DNA of 40,561 bases from a virus (Duplodnaviria; Heunggongvirae; Uroviricota; Caudoviricetes): IMG/VR virus record IMGVR_UViG_3300023371_000083, one strand, 5' to 3'. A model generated the notes under the pieces. The model saw only the letters and a list, made by a program, of their open reading frames with translations, was not told the DNA's origin and ran no database searches. The position numbers and the translations under genes are program-made. Shown piece by piece: positions 1-12,758 of the stretch; position 1 is the stretch's first letter; each line of letters begins with the position of its first letter.

Positions 1-2584
1 TTTTCGCATCAACTTCAGATCTTAATTCTGTTGCACGATTAAATAAGGTTTGATATGCAATGGATTGTTCCGCAGGATCAATAACAGAAAGTCTTGATGT
101 TAGATCAGAATATTTCGCCTGGTTGGTTATTTTATTCTTTGTTGCATAAGCATCTTGAATTTTATATTTTGTTGCCTATGACTCTACAAATGCCCTCGCA
201 TTTTCATCATAGGTTAATGTTAATTGGTCAATTACACCTTTTTCGTGTTCAAATTCGGCAATAATTGAATTTTCTGTTCTTTTAACAATATTATATCCAC
301 TATCTAAATTATCCGCCCAAGAAGTGAAGATGTTTTCATTTCTACCATTTAAACCATGAACATCATAAAGTTTATTTCCGCCTTTTAATAAGTCTAATAA
401 CTTCTCAGCTCTTTTTAATTCATCATCAGATATATCTGTAATTGCACCATTTGTACGAAGACCGATTGTATCAATTAAAGAGTTTAAACCACGCTTATCA
501 TAATTTACTGAACCATCAGAATTCATTAACGCATGAGCTTCTTTTTGAATTTCACGCATTCTTTTAGAATTTGCTGTATCAGATTTTAGTGATTTCAATA
601 GATTTTTAACATCGGCTTCATCTCTCAATGTATTGAATATATCGTCGGCATCTAAATAGTCCATACGATCTCTAGTTTGATACATTGAGCTTAATTTACT
701 CTGCGCTGTTGTTAACTTTTCTTCGAAAATAGAATCATATACTTCATCAACATTCGCTTGAATAATATTGTCTAACTCAGACATATATCCATAAAGCTTC
801 TTCTCTGATGGCAGATTATTTTTTAATGCCTGTAGAGGTAATTCACCTTCTTTGAATCTTTCTGTATAAACACTTCTACTAAACATCATTCCAGTTTCTC
901 TGTCAAAAGAGATATTTTCAACCTCATCCATTGCTGAATTGAGATGATAGAACAATGTCATATTAGGTGAATCAGAACTTGTTCTTTCCATATATGGCAT
1001 TTTAATATTTTTGCCACGCTCTTCTTTAATGTCCGCTAATTTTCTTGACGCTTCCTCTTCGGTTCTTATTCCTGTTTCAACAATCTGTAATTCTCCAGAA
1101 ACATGTTTTTGAAGCAGTCGAAGATTTTTAAACATAGACTGTTTAATATTATTCAGATTTAAGATTTCTTCTTGTGTTAAAGGGTTGTTAGCTTCTTGAT
1201 TTCTTAAATCAATAAATCCCTGAATTGCAGAATCCTGTGTATCTAAAATACTTTGTAATTCACTAGAAAGAGTTGTACCAGATTTTTTGATTTCATCTCT
1301 GATAGCAAGTGCATTCTGAAGTTCTTTATCAGAAATTACATTCTTAGGGTATTTTTTATCATCAAATGGCTTATTATTTACCTTCTTGGATTTTGATGAA
1401 CGAGAGGTGGAGGTTCCAGAACCACTAGGGGTTCCATCAGGATTTGCTGTTGGATTAGGAATATCTCCAGTCGCATCAATTTCTGCAACAATTTTGTATT
1501 TTCTTGAATTTAATTGTGTTTGAATGTTAGTTAATTCTTCATCAGAAATTTCAACTTTCGGACGAATTACTAGATCCTTTTGAGTATCTACAGTGTCTTC
1601 TATGCCAGAGGCACCAAGTTCTTGCAGTTTCTCATTTAATTTCTTTTTTTCTTGCTCAAGAGCTAAATTTTCTTTGACTAACAACCTTTCGGTTGCTTGA
1701 ATACGATTTTTAATGTGGTTTTCTTGATCTTTAAACATTGATTGAGCTCTCAAGAAAGGCTTAGTATCTTCATTTAAGAATGAGTCACGTTTTAGTTGAC
1801 TCATAACATCTTCATGTTTTTCGACAAAGGCTACTATATCTTGATATGAAGAAATAATTGAATCGTAATATCCACGAGCTTCTCTGTTTAAATCAGCATA
1901 TTGTTGTCTTTCATCCGCTTTGTCTGATGTCTCAAGTAACTTCGCTTTATTATTTAAAGTATCATATCTCTTTATCTTTTTTTCTAAATCACTTAAATAA
2001 CTATCAAATTTTTTCTGAACAGCATCATCGTCTGTAAAATCAAATTGTTCTAAAAACGGATCTTTCTTATCTCTTAATCTTGGTTTGCGTAAATTATTTA
2101 AGCGTGTTTCAAATTCAGCAATATTTCTTTTATATTTATTAATATTTTTTTGAATACCAAGAACATCTGGATCGAACATGCCAGCCATTTCGATTTTTGC
2201 TTCTTTTGCTTGATCAATAATTAAACTGGCCGCATTACAGAATGACACAGCAAGTTCTTCGTATCCACCAGCTTGAGGCATCATTTCTTTTAGGATTCTC
2301 ATTTCGCCTCTAAGTCTGCTAGTAAAATTATCAATACGTTTGTTTAGAGTTTTAAATGTTGTTTCATTTCCAGTGAAAGCATCTTCAATTGATTGTTTGA
2401 TATCTTCAATATCGCCCAATGCATCTCTTTTAAAATTACTAAAGTCCTTCTTTAATTCTTCGAAATCGGGTGCCCCGGCCATAGCAGAAAAGGCTTCCTC
2501 GATTTCTTTGGCTTTCTTATCAATATCCGTCATATCAGCCTTAAATTTAATAAGGACTTCACTTACACTGCTTTGTCTCGCCAA
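1..2584 (-). CDS. Tail tape-measure-like protein, N-terminal part (runs off the window; in-frame TAG at 176-178)
   Basis: Long coiled-coil protein at the end of the tail operon; frame stays open past the TAG (ES*ATKYKIQDAY...) to position 1. Confidence 0.65.
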
Positions 2585-2599
2585 TTATATCACCCCTTG

Positions 2600-3058
2600 T
2601 TAAAATAAATATGCCTAACCAGATTTTTTTGCAACATTAATTGCACGTTGTATGTACATTTCTGGATTAGCAATAATTTCATTTTGTTTATCTATCAATC
2701 TCTCCAAAGGAGATTCAGTAGTAATTTGAGATGTACCATGATAACCCATCATAGCCATAGATAATACATATTCTTTTGGATCTTTATATACTTCCTTCAT
2801 AGGTTCTGCGGAAACCAGTATACCACCTGTGTAAAATTTACCATGAGAATTTTTATAGTATTTAACATAGCCTTTATACAAATTAAAAAATCGGTTATAA
2901 TACACTGGATCATAAGCATTATAAAACATTTCTACAGCAAAATAGTATTCACCAGCAAGAACCTCTCGAACTTGTGTGGCACAGCTTTTACAAATTATAT
3001 CCGCAGCATCATAAATATCTGATATGATGCGATCCTTAATACCAATTTTTTTTGCCAA
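2600..3058 (-). CDS. Phage tail-region hypothetical protein (TAG at 2615-2617 read through)
   Basis: 147-aa ORF continues SG*AYLF to TAA at 2600. Confidence 0.7.
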
Positions 3059-3063
3059 TTACA

Positions 3064-3618
3064 TCACTTTACCTTTTCTGGTTTTAATAACATATTTTGG
3101 ATTTTTGTAAAATTCTTCATAAATTCTTTATTTTTAGCCAATTCATTTGCAATACCAGCGTGTTTTTCAACTACTTCCATTAATCTTGTAATTTGAGATG
3201 CGATGAACACATAATTATCTTTTTCATTTGCATATAAGTCAGATACCACCATTTTAAAAATGGCAGAAAATTCTTCTAAATCTCTGCCGATAGATTCTGT
3301 AATTTTATCAATTAGTCCGGATGCTCTTAGGCTATCATAATCTTCATGTGGACGTTCTTTGCTTACTTGCAAATCAGTATATAAAGAAATCACGGACATA
3401 ATATACATCAGATATTCATTTGGAGAATTATTTAATAACACACCGGAAACTCTGCGGGCATTTGTTTTTACAAGTGTCTCAGAGTGAATAACTTTTACCG
3501 AAAATGGCACATAGGTTTTAATATTAATAGAATTTAACAATTTTGTTTTTTCTACATCCGTTTTAGCAGACTGATATTTATTTACAAATTCCTGTACATT
3601 CATTTTTTTAGATTCCAT
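3064..3618 (-). CDS. Hypothetical phage protein (tail region)
   Basis: Intact 184-aa ORF, tightly packed in the operon. Confidence 0.75.
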   Translation of the reverse strand: MESKKMNVQEFVNKYQSAKTDVEKTKLLNSINIKTYVPFSVKVIHSETLVKTNARRVSGVLLNNSPNEYLMYIMSVISLYTDLQVSKERPHEDYDSLRASGLIDKITESIGRDLEEFSAIFKMVVSDLYANEKDNYVFIASQITRLMEVVEKHAGIANELAKNKEFMKNFTKIQNMLLKPEKVK

Positions 3619-4191
3619 TTATTCCATCTCCTTATATTTTAGGCAAGTTTTATTATTAATATCAGCTTGAATTTTTCCATTCAAAGCATTTTTTAATATA
3701 GAACAATTACGTGCATAACGCTTACAGCCAACACATTTATCAATAAAATTATTTTTTTCTGATATATCATCAAAAATACCAAAGTAAGGGGCATCATATA
3801 TTACAAGTTCAATTCTTGGATTTTTTGAATCATAATATATTCTATCAACACGCTCACAAACAAAATTGTCGTCATCCCAAACAACACGACTTTCAGTGAT
3901 TGAATCCAATAAAAGCTTAAACTAATTATTAGTATCCATATCAATTCTAGGAAAATAGAATATACAATCGACATACAAATGCCTTTCACCATTTCTAAAT
4001 TGCCAGCCTTGTTTTTCCGCTTCCTGTTTCACATAATCAATAAATTGCTTTTTATAATCTATTGATTCTCTTGTTTTATAACTCATCGCCATCTATCTAT
4101 TTCCTTTTTTAACAACCCTATAAGCCAAATAGTGATTAACACTTGGGGGAACAGGGGAGACGAGATATAATTTATCAGTATTCTAACTCAT
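3619..4191 (-). CDS. RusA-like Holliday junction resolvase (3 in-frame TAG: 4183, 4093, 3922)
   Basis: PVPPSVNHY N-terminal motif; DMDTNN*FKLLLDSI catalytic motif; WDDDN...PRIEL. Confidence 0.8.
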
Positions 4192-4405
4192 ACTTACACC
4201 ATCTATCATAAAGGTCTGTCATAAAATCATTCTTTTCATAAACAAAGACCATTTTATTTCTAATTTTACTTGGGCTATAAATTACATCTAAGATATAATC
4301 AACACCGCCATTTGCAAACTATGCAGACACCTGTTGCATATTGCTAATATACCAAACATGCTCTGGATCATATTCTTTTCCGGTAACTCTGCTCTTAACT
4401 AACAT
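4175..4405 (-). CDS. Small hypothetical protein, 76 aa (TAG at 4319-4321)
   Basis: AAGGAG RBS; MLVKSRVTGKEYDPE...QVSA*FANGG...RWCKYELEY, TGA stop; absent from the ORF track. Confidence 0.7.
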
Positions 4406-4421
4406 CCAATTATCTCCTTTC

Positions 4422-4466
4422 AAAAAAAATGGGACACGCAAATAAAATGAATAAGCGTATCCCATT
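4422..4466 (-). terminator. Rho-independent terminator
   Basis: ATGGGATACGC...GCGTGTCCCAT stem followed by a T-run on the minus strand. Confidence 0.65.
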
Positions 4467-4495
4467 AGATTACCTATTCACTATATTTTTTGATT

Positions 4496-4798
4496 TTACT
4501 CAGATTTTGTTTTTTTTGTTCTTTTAGAACCTTTTTTATTAACCATTTCATCAACAGTACATGCAATTTTTTCATTCGCTGTCTCAGATTCAAGTACACT
4601 CAGATCGCAATTCATTAAAGTTTGAATTGCTTCGTCTTCAGAAATGTGTTCAAAATATTTTTGGTTAATTGTTTCAAAAATTGTTTTGCAATTTTCATCA
4701 TGAAAAATAGTTCTCCATGCAGGTTCTTCAACATGACAATTATTGCAATAATGATATTGTTCACCACAAACAATACAAGTTCTATTTGCTTTTGCCAT
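4496..4798 (-). CDS. Small Zn-binding hypothetical protein
   Basis: CxxC...CxxC at the N-terminus; lies directly downstream of the tail tube gene. Confidence 0.7.
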   Translation of the reverse strand: MAKANRTCIVCGEQYHYCNNCHVEEPAWRTIFHDENCKTIFETINQKYFEHISEDEAIQTLMNCDLSVLESETANEKIACTVDEMVNKKGSKRTKKTKSE

Positions 4799-4823
4799 AT
4801 AAATCCCTCACTTTCAAATTAAT

Positions 4824-4847
4824 AAAAGGGGAGGGGTTAACCTCCCC
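4824..4847 (-). terminator. Rho-independent terminator after the tail tube gene
   Basis: GGGGAGG-TTAACC-CCTCCCC-TTTT. Confidence 0.75.
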
Positions 4848-4859
4848 ATAATGGTTTTA

Positions 4860-5651
4860 TTATTCAGCTTCGGGAATAACGATGTTGAACAGAACTTTTT
4901 TCTTATCGCAGTAAGCCTGTTGAGCTTTCATAGAGAAGGGGTGTTTGCCATCTGTTGTGAAGGACAGGTCAACATCAGAACTCAGTTTAGCGTTAGGGAA
5001 AATTACATATGCATATACCAGTGTTGTAGGATCACATACGTCACAACCCAGAACTTCCATGATAAATTTACCAGCTTTAGGGTAATTTACAGCAGAGTTT
5101 GTTACCTGAACAGCAGCAGCAGATTCTGTTTCGTATACTACGAAGAACTGTGTGCCATCTGCAACAGCTTCATTCAGTGTAACTTTCTTAGAAACAGAGT
5201 CGTAAGCAAATTCTGTTACACCAGGAGTGGATGTTGTTAATGTGTATTTCTGACCTGTTGTGCCGTCGCCTCTCAGTTCATAAATTTCAGAAATGGGAGC
5301 TTTAGGTTCTTTTACCAGAGAGAATGTTGCAGATTTTACTTCGCCTGTGAAGAATACGGGAGTTGTAATCTTTGCATCAGCAGAAGCGATTTCTTTTTCT
5401 GTACCCATCTGTGTAGCTAACAGGTTCAGGTCGAAGATAGAGTTGGAAGCAGAGAATTCAGCCTGTTTACCGTTCTGGAATGTCATGATAGGTGTGCCCA
5501 GAGCGTCAACAGCTTCTCTTTCTTCAGATGTACAATTCAGAGAGGGATCTTCGATCTGATTGATGGAATACATAACAGAACCATCTGCTGTGGATAACAT
5601 TACGCCTCTCAGTACGTGGTCAATAACAAAGTTGTTAATATCAAAAGCCAT
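4860..5651 (-). CDS. Probable major tail (tube) protein
   Basis: 263 aa, strong AGGAGG RBS, high-expression codon style, own terminator, position in the morphogenesis operon. Confidence 0.65.
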   Translation of the reverse strand: MAFDINNFVIDHVLRGVMLSTADGSVMYSINQIEDPSLNCTSEEREAVDALGTPIMTFQNGKQAEFSASNSIFDLNLLATQMGTEKEIASADAKITTPVFFTGEVKSATFSLVKEPKAPISEIYELRGDGTTGQKYTLTTSTPGVTEFAYDSVSKKVTLNEAVADGTQFFVVYETESAAAVQVTNSAVNYPKAGKFIMEVLGCDVCDPTTLVYAYVIFPNAKLSSDVDLSFTTDGKHPFSMKAQQAYCDKKKVLFNIVIPEAE

Positions 5652-5672
5652 ATTTGTTCCTCCTTTTGTAAT

Positions 5673-5703
5673 AAAAAAAAGAACACTGTCATTCAGTGCT
5701 CTT
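5673..5703 (-). terminator. Rho-independent terminator
   Basis: GAGCACTG-AATGA-CAGTGTTC followed by T8. Confidence 0.6.
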
Positions 5704-6444
5704 CATCCAATTAAATGCCTCTTTATCTATTTTTGATGTATCAATCATACCGCTGTAACTTCCCTGCAATAGCGCACAGGCACTCTTTTTTTTATTAATT
5801 TGTCTTATACTTTCAAATATTTCATATATCCCGACATTTTGAATGCTTTGGCTATTATATTTACATTCTTCGGTACAAATGAGTGATACAATTGTCGGTA
5901 GTAAAATAGAGGTTTGTTTTTTATCTGCATTTTTAAATTTTTTTTGCCTATCCAGTTCAATCAATTTTCTCTTGGTTAACTCGTTATACGATTTTTCGAT
6001 TTTTGGAATTATACCATGTACTTTTCTAATATAGTCAACGATTACTCTATATAATAATTTATCAATAACAATAGTCGAATCTTTGTTGATTAAAACCGGC
6101 TCTCCAGTAACTTTATCCACTGCAGGATCAAAACTGGATATATCCAAATTACAAAAAACGAATTTCGAACATTCTTCTGATAAAGTTCTTGTTAGCATTA
6201 TAAATAATTCAAAATCATCTATTTCTTCATAATCAATTCCCATATCCCAAAGGGTAGACTTCATATCACTTGGAATAGAACATATGGTGTAAATGAAATT
6301 AAAATATTCTTGTTCCCCAAAACTTGCAATTTCTCCAATTCTAGGTTGCTTTATTTTAATCATATTATTTACTTCATAATCCTACCCAAAAAACATTGAG
6401 AGCTCATCAAACTCTCTGACAGATGTCTCTAATGATAAATTCAT
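5689..6444 (-). CDS. Phage morphogenesis hypothetical protein (TAG at 6382-6384)
   Basis: Read-through extends the ORF to an ATG overlapping the upstream TGA (ATGA coupling). Confidence 0.7.
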
Positions 6445-7001
6445 TTACGCACCGTATTATTATAAACTCTACCTTTGTTCATTAAATCGGTTTTGATAAT
6501 TGAATTAGGTGACTGAATTTCATATTTTAATGTTCTGCAAGAATAATATGTATCAGTAACTGATTCTTTGTCCTATATTAATTTCGCCTGTTTTCCAAAT
6601 ATATGCGACCAATTAAAAATATCTTTCACTAAGTAGGCTAATAAATCATGTCTTGCAATACCATATTTTGTATTGATATTTTGTGATTCGCAGAAAATCA
6701 CAAAAGTAATGTTTGCTATTTTCATAGCATTGTTATGATAAGAATCCTCAACCAAATCAACTTGAAAACAAATATAATTTTTAACTTGATATTGAATATC
6801 TGGAATTCTTACAAACGGTAAAATACTTACTCCAATATATTCTTCTGGAGCATCCTCATCCAAATCAGGTGTTTCTAAAACATGGATGATTTCTGGAGAA
6901 TTGTATAGCTCTTCTTTAATGATTTCTTTAATGCGAATATTTTCGTCATTCACATTCTCACGTAAAGCAAACAATTTTGCTTCTTGCTCTTTAGTCATCA
7001 T
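6441..7001 (-). CDS. Putative tail terminator/neck protein (TAG at 6573-6575)
   Basis: Continues KLI*DKESVTDTYYSCRTLKYE... to TGA, exactly filling the gap to the next gene. Confidence 0.65.
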
Positions 7002-8101
7002 AAGCTAACCACCTCCAATTTGAATTTTTCGCATAATGAAGATCCATTAGCGTCAACAATATATATTTCTAAAACCTTTCCGACAAAATCATAACTTTCA
7101 GTTTTTATCGAAATTTTTGTTGGTTCTAAAAATTCAATATTAAAATCATTTGAAACATCTACACCGTCACACTCTATAATCCAATCAAACTGATCAATTA
7201 CATCATCAACAAATTCTACATAAAGTTTTTTTGCAACATTAGGGACTTTTATTGATGGAACTGTGCCAATCATTTTTAAGCTGGCTGTAAAAGAGGGTGG
7301 CGCTATATCAGGTTCTTCTAAGGGAATAGCACTTTTATAATAATCGGCATACATTTCCCCAGTTTCTATATTAACGTAATCTTTTTGCTCGTTGAATTTA
7401 TCTTGAGCTATCGTTAATTTATTAATCCCGAAAGGATGAATATTTTCAACTTTCGAAATTTTCCATGTAATAGGTTTCTCAATCAAAGCTGAAACAATAA
7501 TTCTATCTCCATAATAAAGCTTAGAACTAATATCATTCATTGGTAGCCAAATTTGATCTTGGTTTTCAACAATTGTTGTTAAATAGTCTGTCCACAAACC
7601 ACTATTGTAAGAGTTTCGCATACGGGCTATTCCCCACATAGAATATTTAATACCATCTAAAATCCATTTGAATTCATAATTGCATGGCAATACACTGTGT
7701 TTAACAAATTGTTGTTCTCTATCAGAAGAGCAAATCATCCATTTATGATAAATACCTTGTGCATCCGGAATATCAATATATAAACCGATAGGATAATCAG
7801 CATTGTATAATTTATTATATTCTTCATAATAGTCTAGAGGGCATTCACTCATTGGTCTGAACATAATATGATACTCAACTTGGTCTTTGCTTAATGAACC
7901 ATATTGGGTAACAATAAATTTAGCATCAATAGGTGTTTTTTCTCCATCTTTATCATGATAATAATCATAAATATAACATTTTTTACTCTGAATATCTCTG
8001 TCCCAGGTAGCATTCATAATCATATCTGCATTCCGTTTTTGGATTTGTCCAATCTGTTCACTTTGATTTGACAACATATTTTTATATTTCAAAAAATTCA
8101 T
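6998..8101 (-). CDS. Putative head-closure/neck protein
   Basis: Intact 367-aa ORF between head and tail genes; function inferred from position. Confidence 0.6.
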   Translation of the reverse strand: MNFLKYKNMLSNQSEQIGQIQKRNADMIMNATWDRDIQSKKCYIYDYYHDKDGEKTPIDAKFIVTQYGSLSKDQVEYHIMFRPMSECPLDYYEEYNKLYNADYPIGLYIDIPDAQGIYHKWMICSSDREQQFVKHSVLPCNYEFKWILDGIKYSMWGIARMRNSYNSGLWTDYLTTIVENQDQIWLPMNDISSKLYYGDRIIVSALIEKPITWKISKVENIHPFGINKLTIAQDKFNEQKDYVNIETGEMYADYYKSAIPLEEPDIAPPSFTASLKMIGTVPSIKVPNVAKKLYVEFVDDVIDQFDWIIECDGVDVSNDFNIEFLEPTKISIKTESYDFVGKVLEIYIVDANGSSLCEKFKLEVVSL

Positions 8102-8415
8102 TAATCTCCCTCCTTGATTTTGTCAATCAGGGAATGAGAATCTAAAATTAATTTTCTATATTTTTTAAAATCACAATCTTTTTTATTGGCTTCTTTTCGT
8201 GCTGTTTCTAATAAACTAATTAAAGTTACTAATTCTGGAGGATTGAATAATATATCATTCATCCCAGAAATTCTCCATAACAATGTCTCAAAATAATAAT
8301 CTAATTGTGGATAATTTTCTTCTTTATATATTAATAACCAATGGATAGAATTGTGTAATGAGCGTTTTTGCTCTTTGATTTGATCACTATTAAAAGTGCC
8401 ATATAAATGTTCCAT
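8101..8415 (-). CDS. Hypothetical phage protein
   Basis: 104-aa ORF, TAATG-coupled to both neighbours. Confidence 0.7.
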   Translation of the reverse strand: MEHLYGTFNSDQIKEQKRSLHNSIHWLLIYKEENYPQLDYYFETLLWRISGMNDILFNPPELVTLISLLETARKEANKKDCDFKKYRKLILDSHSLIDKIKEGD

Positions 8416-8879
8416 TATTCTTCACCATTAATCTAAGAATTAGCAATATATCCACGATCACGAATCATTTTTCTGAGCTCGACCTTGCAGTCTTTTAGTA
8501 AACTTTTAAGTTCGCTAAGATGCGCTGCCTGAGAATAAAATTTTTCTTCTTTACCACCGAACATTTGTAGCGTATGTAATACTGATTTTACTTGTGGTTC
8601 TAACCACTGAATAACCATTCCGATGGCTAAAATGTTTGTAACATAATCAATATCACCATTTTTAAAAATTTCATTTTTTAGTTCGTATGTTAAAGTCAAA
8701 ATTTCATCATCAAATGTTATTGAAGAAAAAATTTTAGAAATATAAGGTACTGCAACAGCAGAATGTAAATAGCCTTTCATCATTTCGTAAGCATCATTAG
8801 GATTCAATGATGCAAAGTTGTAATCTGTGATTTTAAGTAAAAATTTTGAGTAGATGTCATCATATAGAACGCTGTTCAC
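8415..8879 (-). CDS. Putative head-tail adaptor (TAG at 8433-8435)
   Basis: Ends IANS*INGEE-TAA, with the TAA overlapping the next ATG. Confidence 0.65.
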
Positions 8880-8893
8880 TCAATCACCGCCAC

Positions 8894-9475
8894 TCATCTA
8901 ATTAGGCACATTAAATCAGAACCAAGAATAGAGTCAACTGTTTTAATTTTTGTAATAGAATCAAAAGTGCCGTTTTCAACTCTTTCTGTGATTACAGTTT
9001 TCAGAGTATTTTGCATACTTTTAGGAACTTGTTTTAAAGCTTCTGAAAACTGAGCGTTAGGAAGATTTAGGATTTCATCAATATCCTGTTTTGTAAACGC
9101 ATTATCATATACAGCTTTTACTTTTTCCCATCCCTTAGAATCAATCAGATTATTATCTTCAATAATAAATCTAGGTTTAAACAGATAATTTGAGCGACTA
9201 TCTCTCATATATACAAGATCTTCATATCTAACATTTTCTGTATAACCATGATTTGCCCATTTATAAAGAATGCCGCTTTTTTTAGCAGAACAAAATAACT
9301 CACCAGCTGTCACAGAACGACAGGGGATTAGATCATCTGATTTGTATTCTTTTGCTTTTTTAACACTTTTTTTAGACACAGGAGCCTGTGTAGTTTCTTT
9401 TGTTTCTTCTACAATTACATTTTCAACAGCAACATCTTCAATAGTTGCTGATTTTTTTGCGGGTTTTGTCGCCAT
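8894..9475 (-). CDS. Hypothetical virion-assembly protein downstream of the capsid gene
   Basis: 193-aa ORF with AGGAGG RBS. Confidence 0.7.
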   Translation of the reverse strand: MATKPAKKSATIEDVAVENVIVEETKETTQAPVSKKSVKKAKEYKSDDLIPCRSVTAGELFCSAKKSGILYKWANHGYTENVRYEDLVYMRDSRSNYLFKPRFIIEDNNLIDSKGWEKVKAVYDNAFTKQDIDEILNLPNAQFSEALKQVPKSMQNTLKTVITERVENGTFDSITKIKTVDSILGSDLMCLIR

Positions 9476-9501
9476 ATTATTAATCCTCCTATTTTCTCCT
9501 T

Positions 9502-9529
9502 AAAAATAGGGTGCCCAGAAAGGACACCC
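9502..9529 (-). terminator. Terminator after the major capsid gene
   Basis: GGGTGTCC...GGGCACCC-TATTTT. Confidence 0.65.
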
Positions 9530-9548
9530 ATTGTATTTATAAATCAAA

Positions 9549-10625
9549 TTAAGCTTCGATTTCCCATGTACCGAATTTCTTGCCGATAACTGTAGCTACA
9601 CCCAGTTTCTGCTGATATTCAGCTTCAATAGACATATCTCTATTTGTATCTTTATCAGTTACTTCACTCATCTGAGCATCGCCTTCATCGTACAGTTTGA
9701 TGAATTTGTTATCGCCAACGGGCATAATCAGCAGTTTGCTATTATCAACCAGTTTTGTTGTTGTGTCATGAGGAGCGAATGCTTGGGGAATTTCAACCAG
9801 TCTTGTGCCTTCGAAATAACCCAGTCTACCTGTTGTATATCTTTCTTGTTTCATTTCATTAGAAACCCAATCAACTTCAGACATACCATTCAGTTTAGCC
9901 AGAGCAGATTTTGTACCCATGATAACAACTTCTTCACCTGTAGCTGTCTGAACATCTTCAATCAGTGTGATGAATGTGTCTCTCATAGAAGAATTCAGCT
10001 GACCTGTTTTAGCAAACTGAGATGTAGGCATTACTTTATCGCCAGCAGACATAACTGCTGCATATACCATATCGTTTACTTTTTTGTCAAATCCTTCATA
10101 GATTTTCTGAACAAAACCAGCCCAGTCAATTCTGCCAGCCATGAACAGTTCGTATTCAGCATAGATTTTTACACCATACCAGCTTGTTTTAACATTGAAT
10201 GTTTCGCCTTCAGCCAGTTTCTGTCTAATCAGGTTGTGATGATTACCAGACAGTTCGGATACAGTCAGGATACATTCATTAGGTGCATAGAATTCGTTTG
10301 TATCGCCAGCAGCCATAGATTTCATTTCTACGAATTCGTTGAAGAAAGGATTTTCACCCCAACCGGACACCAGCAGATCTGTTACTGTTTCTTCGATTAC
10401 TTCGTAAACTGCAACTTTATTTTTTCTAATTGCTTTTCTCAGTTCTTTTCTTGTGCAACCTTCATCAACACCTAGAACCTGGAACATTACTTCTCTAATT
10501 TTAGCGTTTGTATCTTCTTTAGATTTTTCATAAATGCCTTGAGCAGCATCAAACATCAGGTTTTTAAAACCATTCTATTCAAATGCAACAAATACGTTGT
10601 TTGTGCTATCGTTTGTGAATCTCAT
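9549..10625 (-). CDS. Major capsid protein (TAG at codon 17, 10575-10577)
   Basis: AGGAGG RBS before ATG 10625 (MRFTNDSTNNVFVAFE*NGFKNLMFD); size, codon style and position fit an SPbeta-type MCP. Confidence 0.8.
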
Positions 10626-10655
10626 TATAGTAGTCCTCCTTTCAGCAAGTAATTA

Positions 10656-11123
10656 TCAACCGATTGTCAGTTTTTTGTTAGCAACAGAAACTTTAGCGCC
10701 TTTTGCAACTTCGCCAGAGATTGCTTCTGCAGAAACTTCGAATCTATCATATTTCAGCAGTTCCATACATCTCATAATGTCACCCTGTGCATTGTAGAAA
10801 TTGGATTCATGCTGGCACTGTGTTGTGTATTCTTCATAAATCATAGGAACCTGTGCTACTAACCAGCAATTTTCAGCAGATGCTACGTCAATCAGCCAGT
10901 TACCATTTGCTGTTTTATCAATAATTGTACCAGCGAATGTACCAGCAGCAGCTTCAGCCTATACATCAGGTCTCAGATATTCGCCACAACCAACGATGCA
11001 ACCGTTGTCGATGTCTGCTGTAGCTTCGATGTTGCGGATGTGAGAACCGCCAATTGTAGACAGCAGTTCGCTTGTACCAACAACAGCGTGTTTGTTTTTA
11101 AAGTTTAAAAAATTTGTTGCCAT
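10656..11123 (-). CDS. Putative capsid decoration/cement protein, 155 aa (TAG at 10959-10961)
   Basis: AGGAGG RBS; MATNFLNFKNKHAVV...DIDNGCIVG..YLRPDV*AEAAAG; lies between scaffold and MCP. Confidence 0.7.
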
Positions 11124-11146
11124 TTAAATTTCCTCCTTTTTATAAT

Positions 11147-11167
11147 AAAAAAAGACCATGCGGTCTT
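11147..11167 (-). terminator. Terminator/attenuator hairpin
   Basis: AAGACC-GCAT-GGTCTT-TTTTT. Confidence 0.5.
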
Positions 11168-12758
11168 AGTCAAATAAATTACCATATCTTTTATTTGTAG
11201 TAGTTTTAACAGAAAAATTAATTTTGTTAGTTTCTTTTTCTTTACTATGTGTGAATGCTGTGGGGTTTTCATATACATAGTTAGAGAAAATAACTTTTGC
11301 TTTTTCTTCAACTTCTGTTACAGAATATTTATCAATATCTTTTTTCAGACAATTAAATTCTTCGTTGTCAGCAAGAACAGAGAATTTTTCATTACTAATA
11401 ATAGCTTGTTTTTCACTTCTTGCAACTTCTAAGTCATAATTATCTTTAAATGCTTTGAGTTCGTTATATGTAGCCTTCATTAAATCAAGAGCAACTTTTT
11501 CTTCTGCAGTAATAAATTCAGCAAATACTTCAATTTTATCGCCTTCAAAAGCGATGTTATCTCCATCAACCACATATCCCTGACGATAATATTTCATACC
11601 ATCTGTATAATCTTCGTAAATAAAATAAGAATCAAACACTTCTACAATCCAAACATTGTAATACTGTTGTTCATCAACACTTTCTCTTAAAATTGTATAT
11701 AAACCAGCACGAATGTCGTCATGAGAAATTTCATAAGAGATTACTTTACTTTCAAAGTTTTCGGGTTCATCTTCGGGCTGAGGATCAACTTCAGGCTGAG
11801 GGTCGACTTCAGGTTGTGGATCTGTTTCAGGTTCAGTTTCAGGAGCTGGCTCTGGTTCGCCTTCTTCAAAAGCATTCTCAAAAGCCTGTTCTAATTCTTC
11901 ATCTGTCAGTCCTTCAATTTCAAAAGTAATATCTTGTTCTGTCTTATTGTATTTTTCCAGTAATTCTTGCAGTTTCAAGTTTTCATATCCTCCTTTCTCA
12001 GTGTGCTTTCTAAAATCAGATAATAATGACTGGAATTCGGATAGAATACTCTTCAACTCATCATAGTCATTATTGTTTTCAAAAGTTTGCACAGTTGCTT
12101 TGGCTCCATCCATACCGGGTTTTACATGTGAACCTAGTAGAGTTACACCAAAGAAAGTAAATTCATCGATAGAGAGACGTTTATTTTTTGCATCAAAAGA
12201 AAATTTCTTGACATTTAATTCCACAGAAACATCAACAACACCACGTTTTTCTAAAATATCAGCAGCGTAGCTATATTCTCTAAAAACTAAACCATCAACG
12301 AAAACATATTTTTTATCAGATTGTTCATCTTCTACCAATTCAATATTATTATCTTTTGGAATAATGCCGACAATTTTTTCTATGTACTCGATACGTTCTT
12401 TGTCTGGATTCATTTTATCCTGAGCAATTACCATATCATGTCCATTAAAATCTAATGGTAAGTCGTCATTCCCATTTTGCACTTCAATTATAGATGCAAG
12501 GATAGGTTTCTCAGCAAAAGAGGGTAGGGCATTCGTCATAGATTCTTCAGAAATATAAGATCCATTCAAGTTTTCAAGCGTATGACAAGCCTTAAATCTG
12601 CAGGGAAGATAATGTTCATCATATTCGCCTTCAATAGCTGAAAAAGAAGCTGGCACTGAAACTAAAATACCATTTTCTTCTTTTGCTTCGTAATTCTACA
12701 CACTATTCTGAACACAATAATTGAACAGTTCGTGCATAGGAATACCTCTTAAATTCAT
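11166..12758 (-). CDS. Prohead protease/scaffold protein (TAG at 12696-12698)
   Basis: NLNGSYIS..., VDVSVEL and GVTLLG..V.PGM protease-like motifs; acidic PEPETDPQPEVDPQPE linker; AGGAGGTG RBS. Confidence 0.75.

Noticed and set aside
9768..10475. 235-aa plus-strand ORF and similar antisense ORFs (4851, 26505, 34216, 38044, 40113)
   Set aside because: Shadows of real genes on the opposite strand, with no RBS or recognisable motifs.
11760..11860. Short tandem DNA repeats
   Set aside because: They encode the PEPETDPQPEVDPQPE linker of the scaffold, a common feature.
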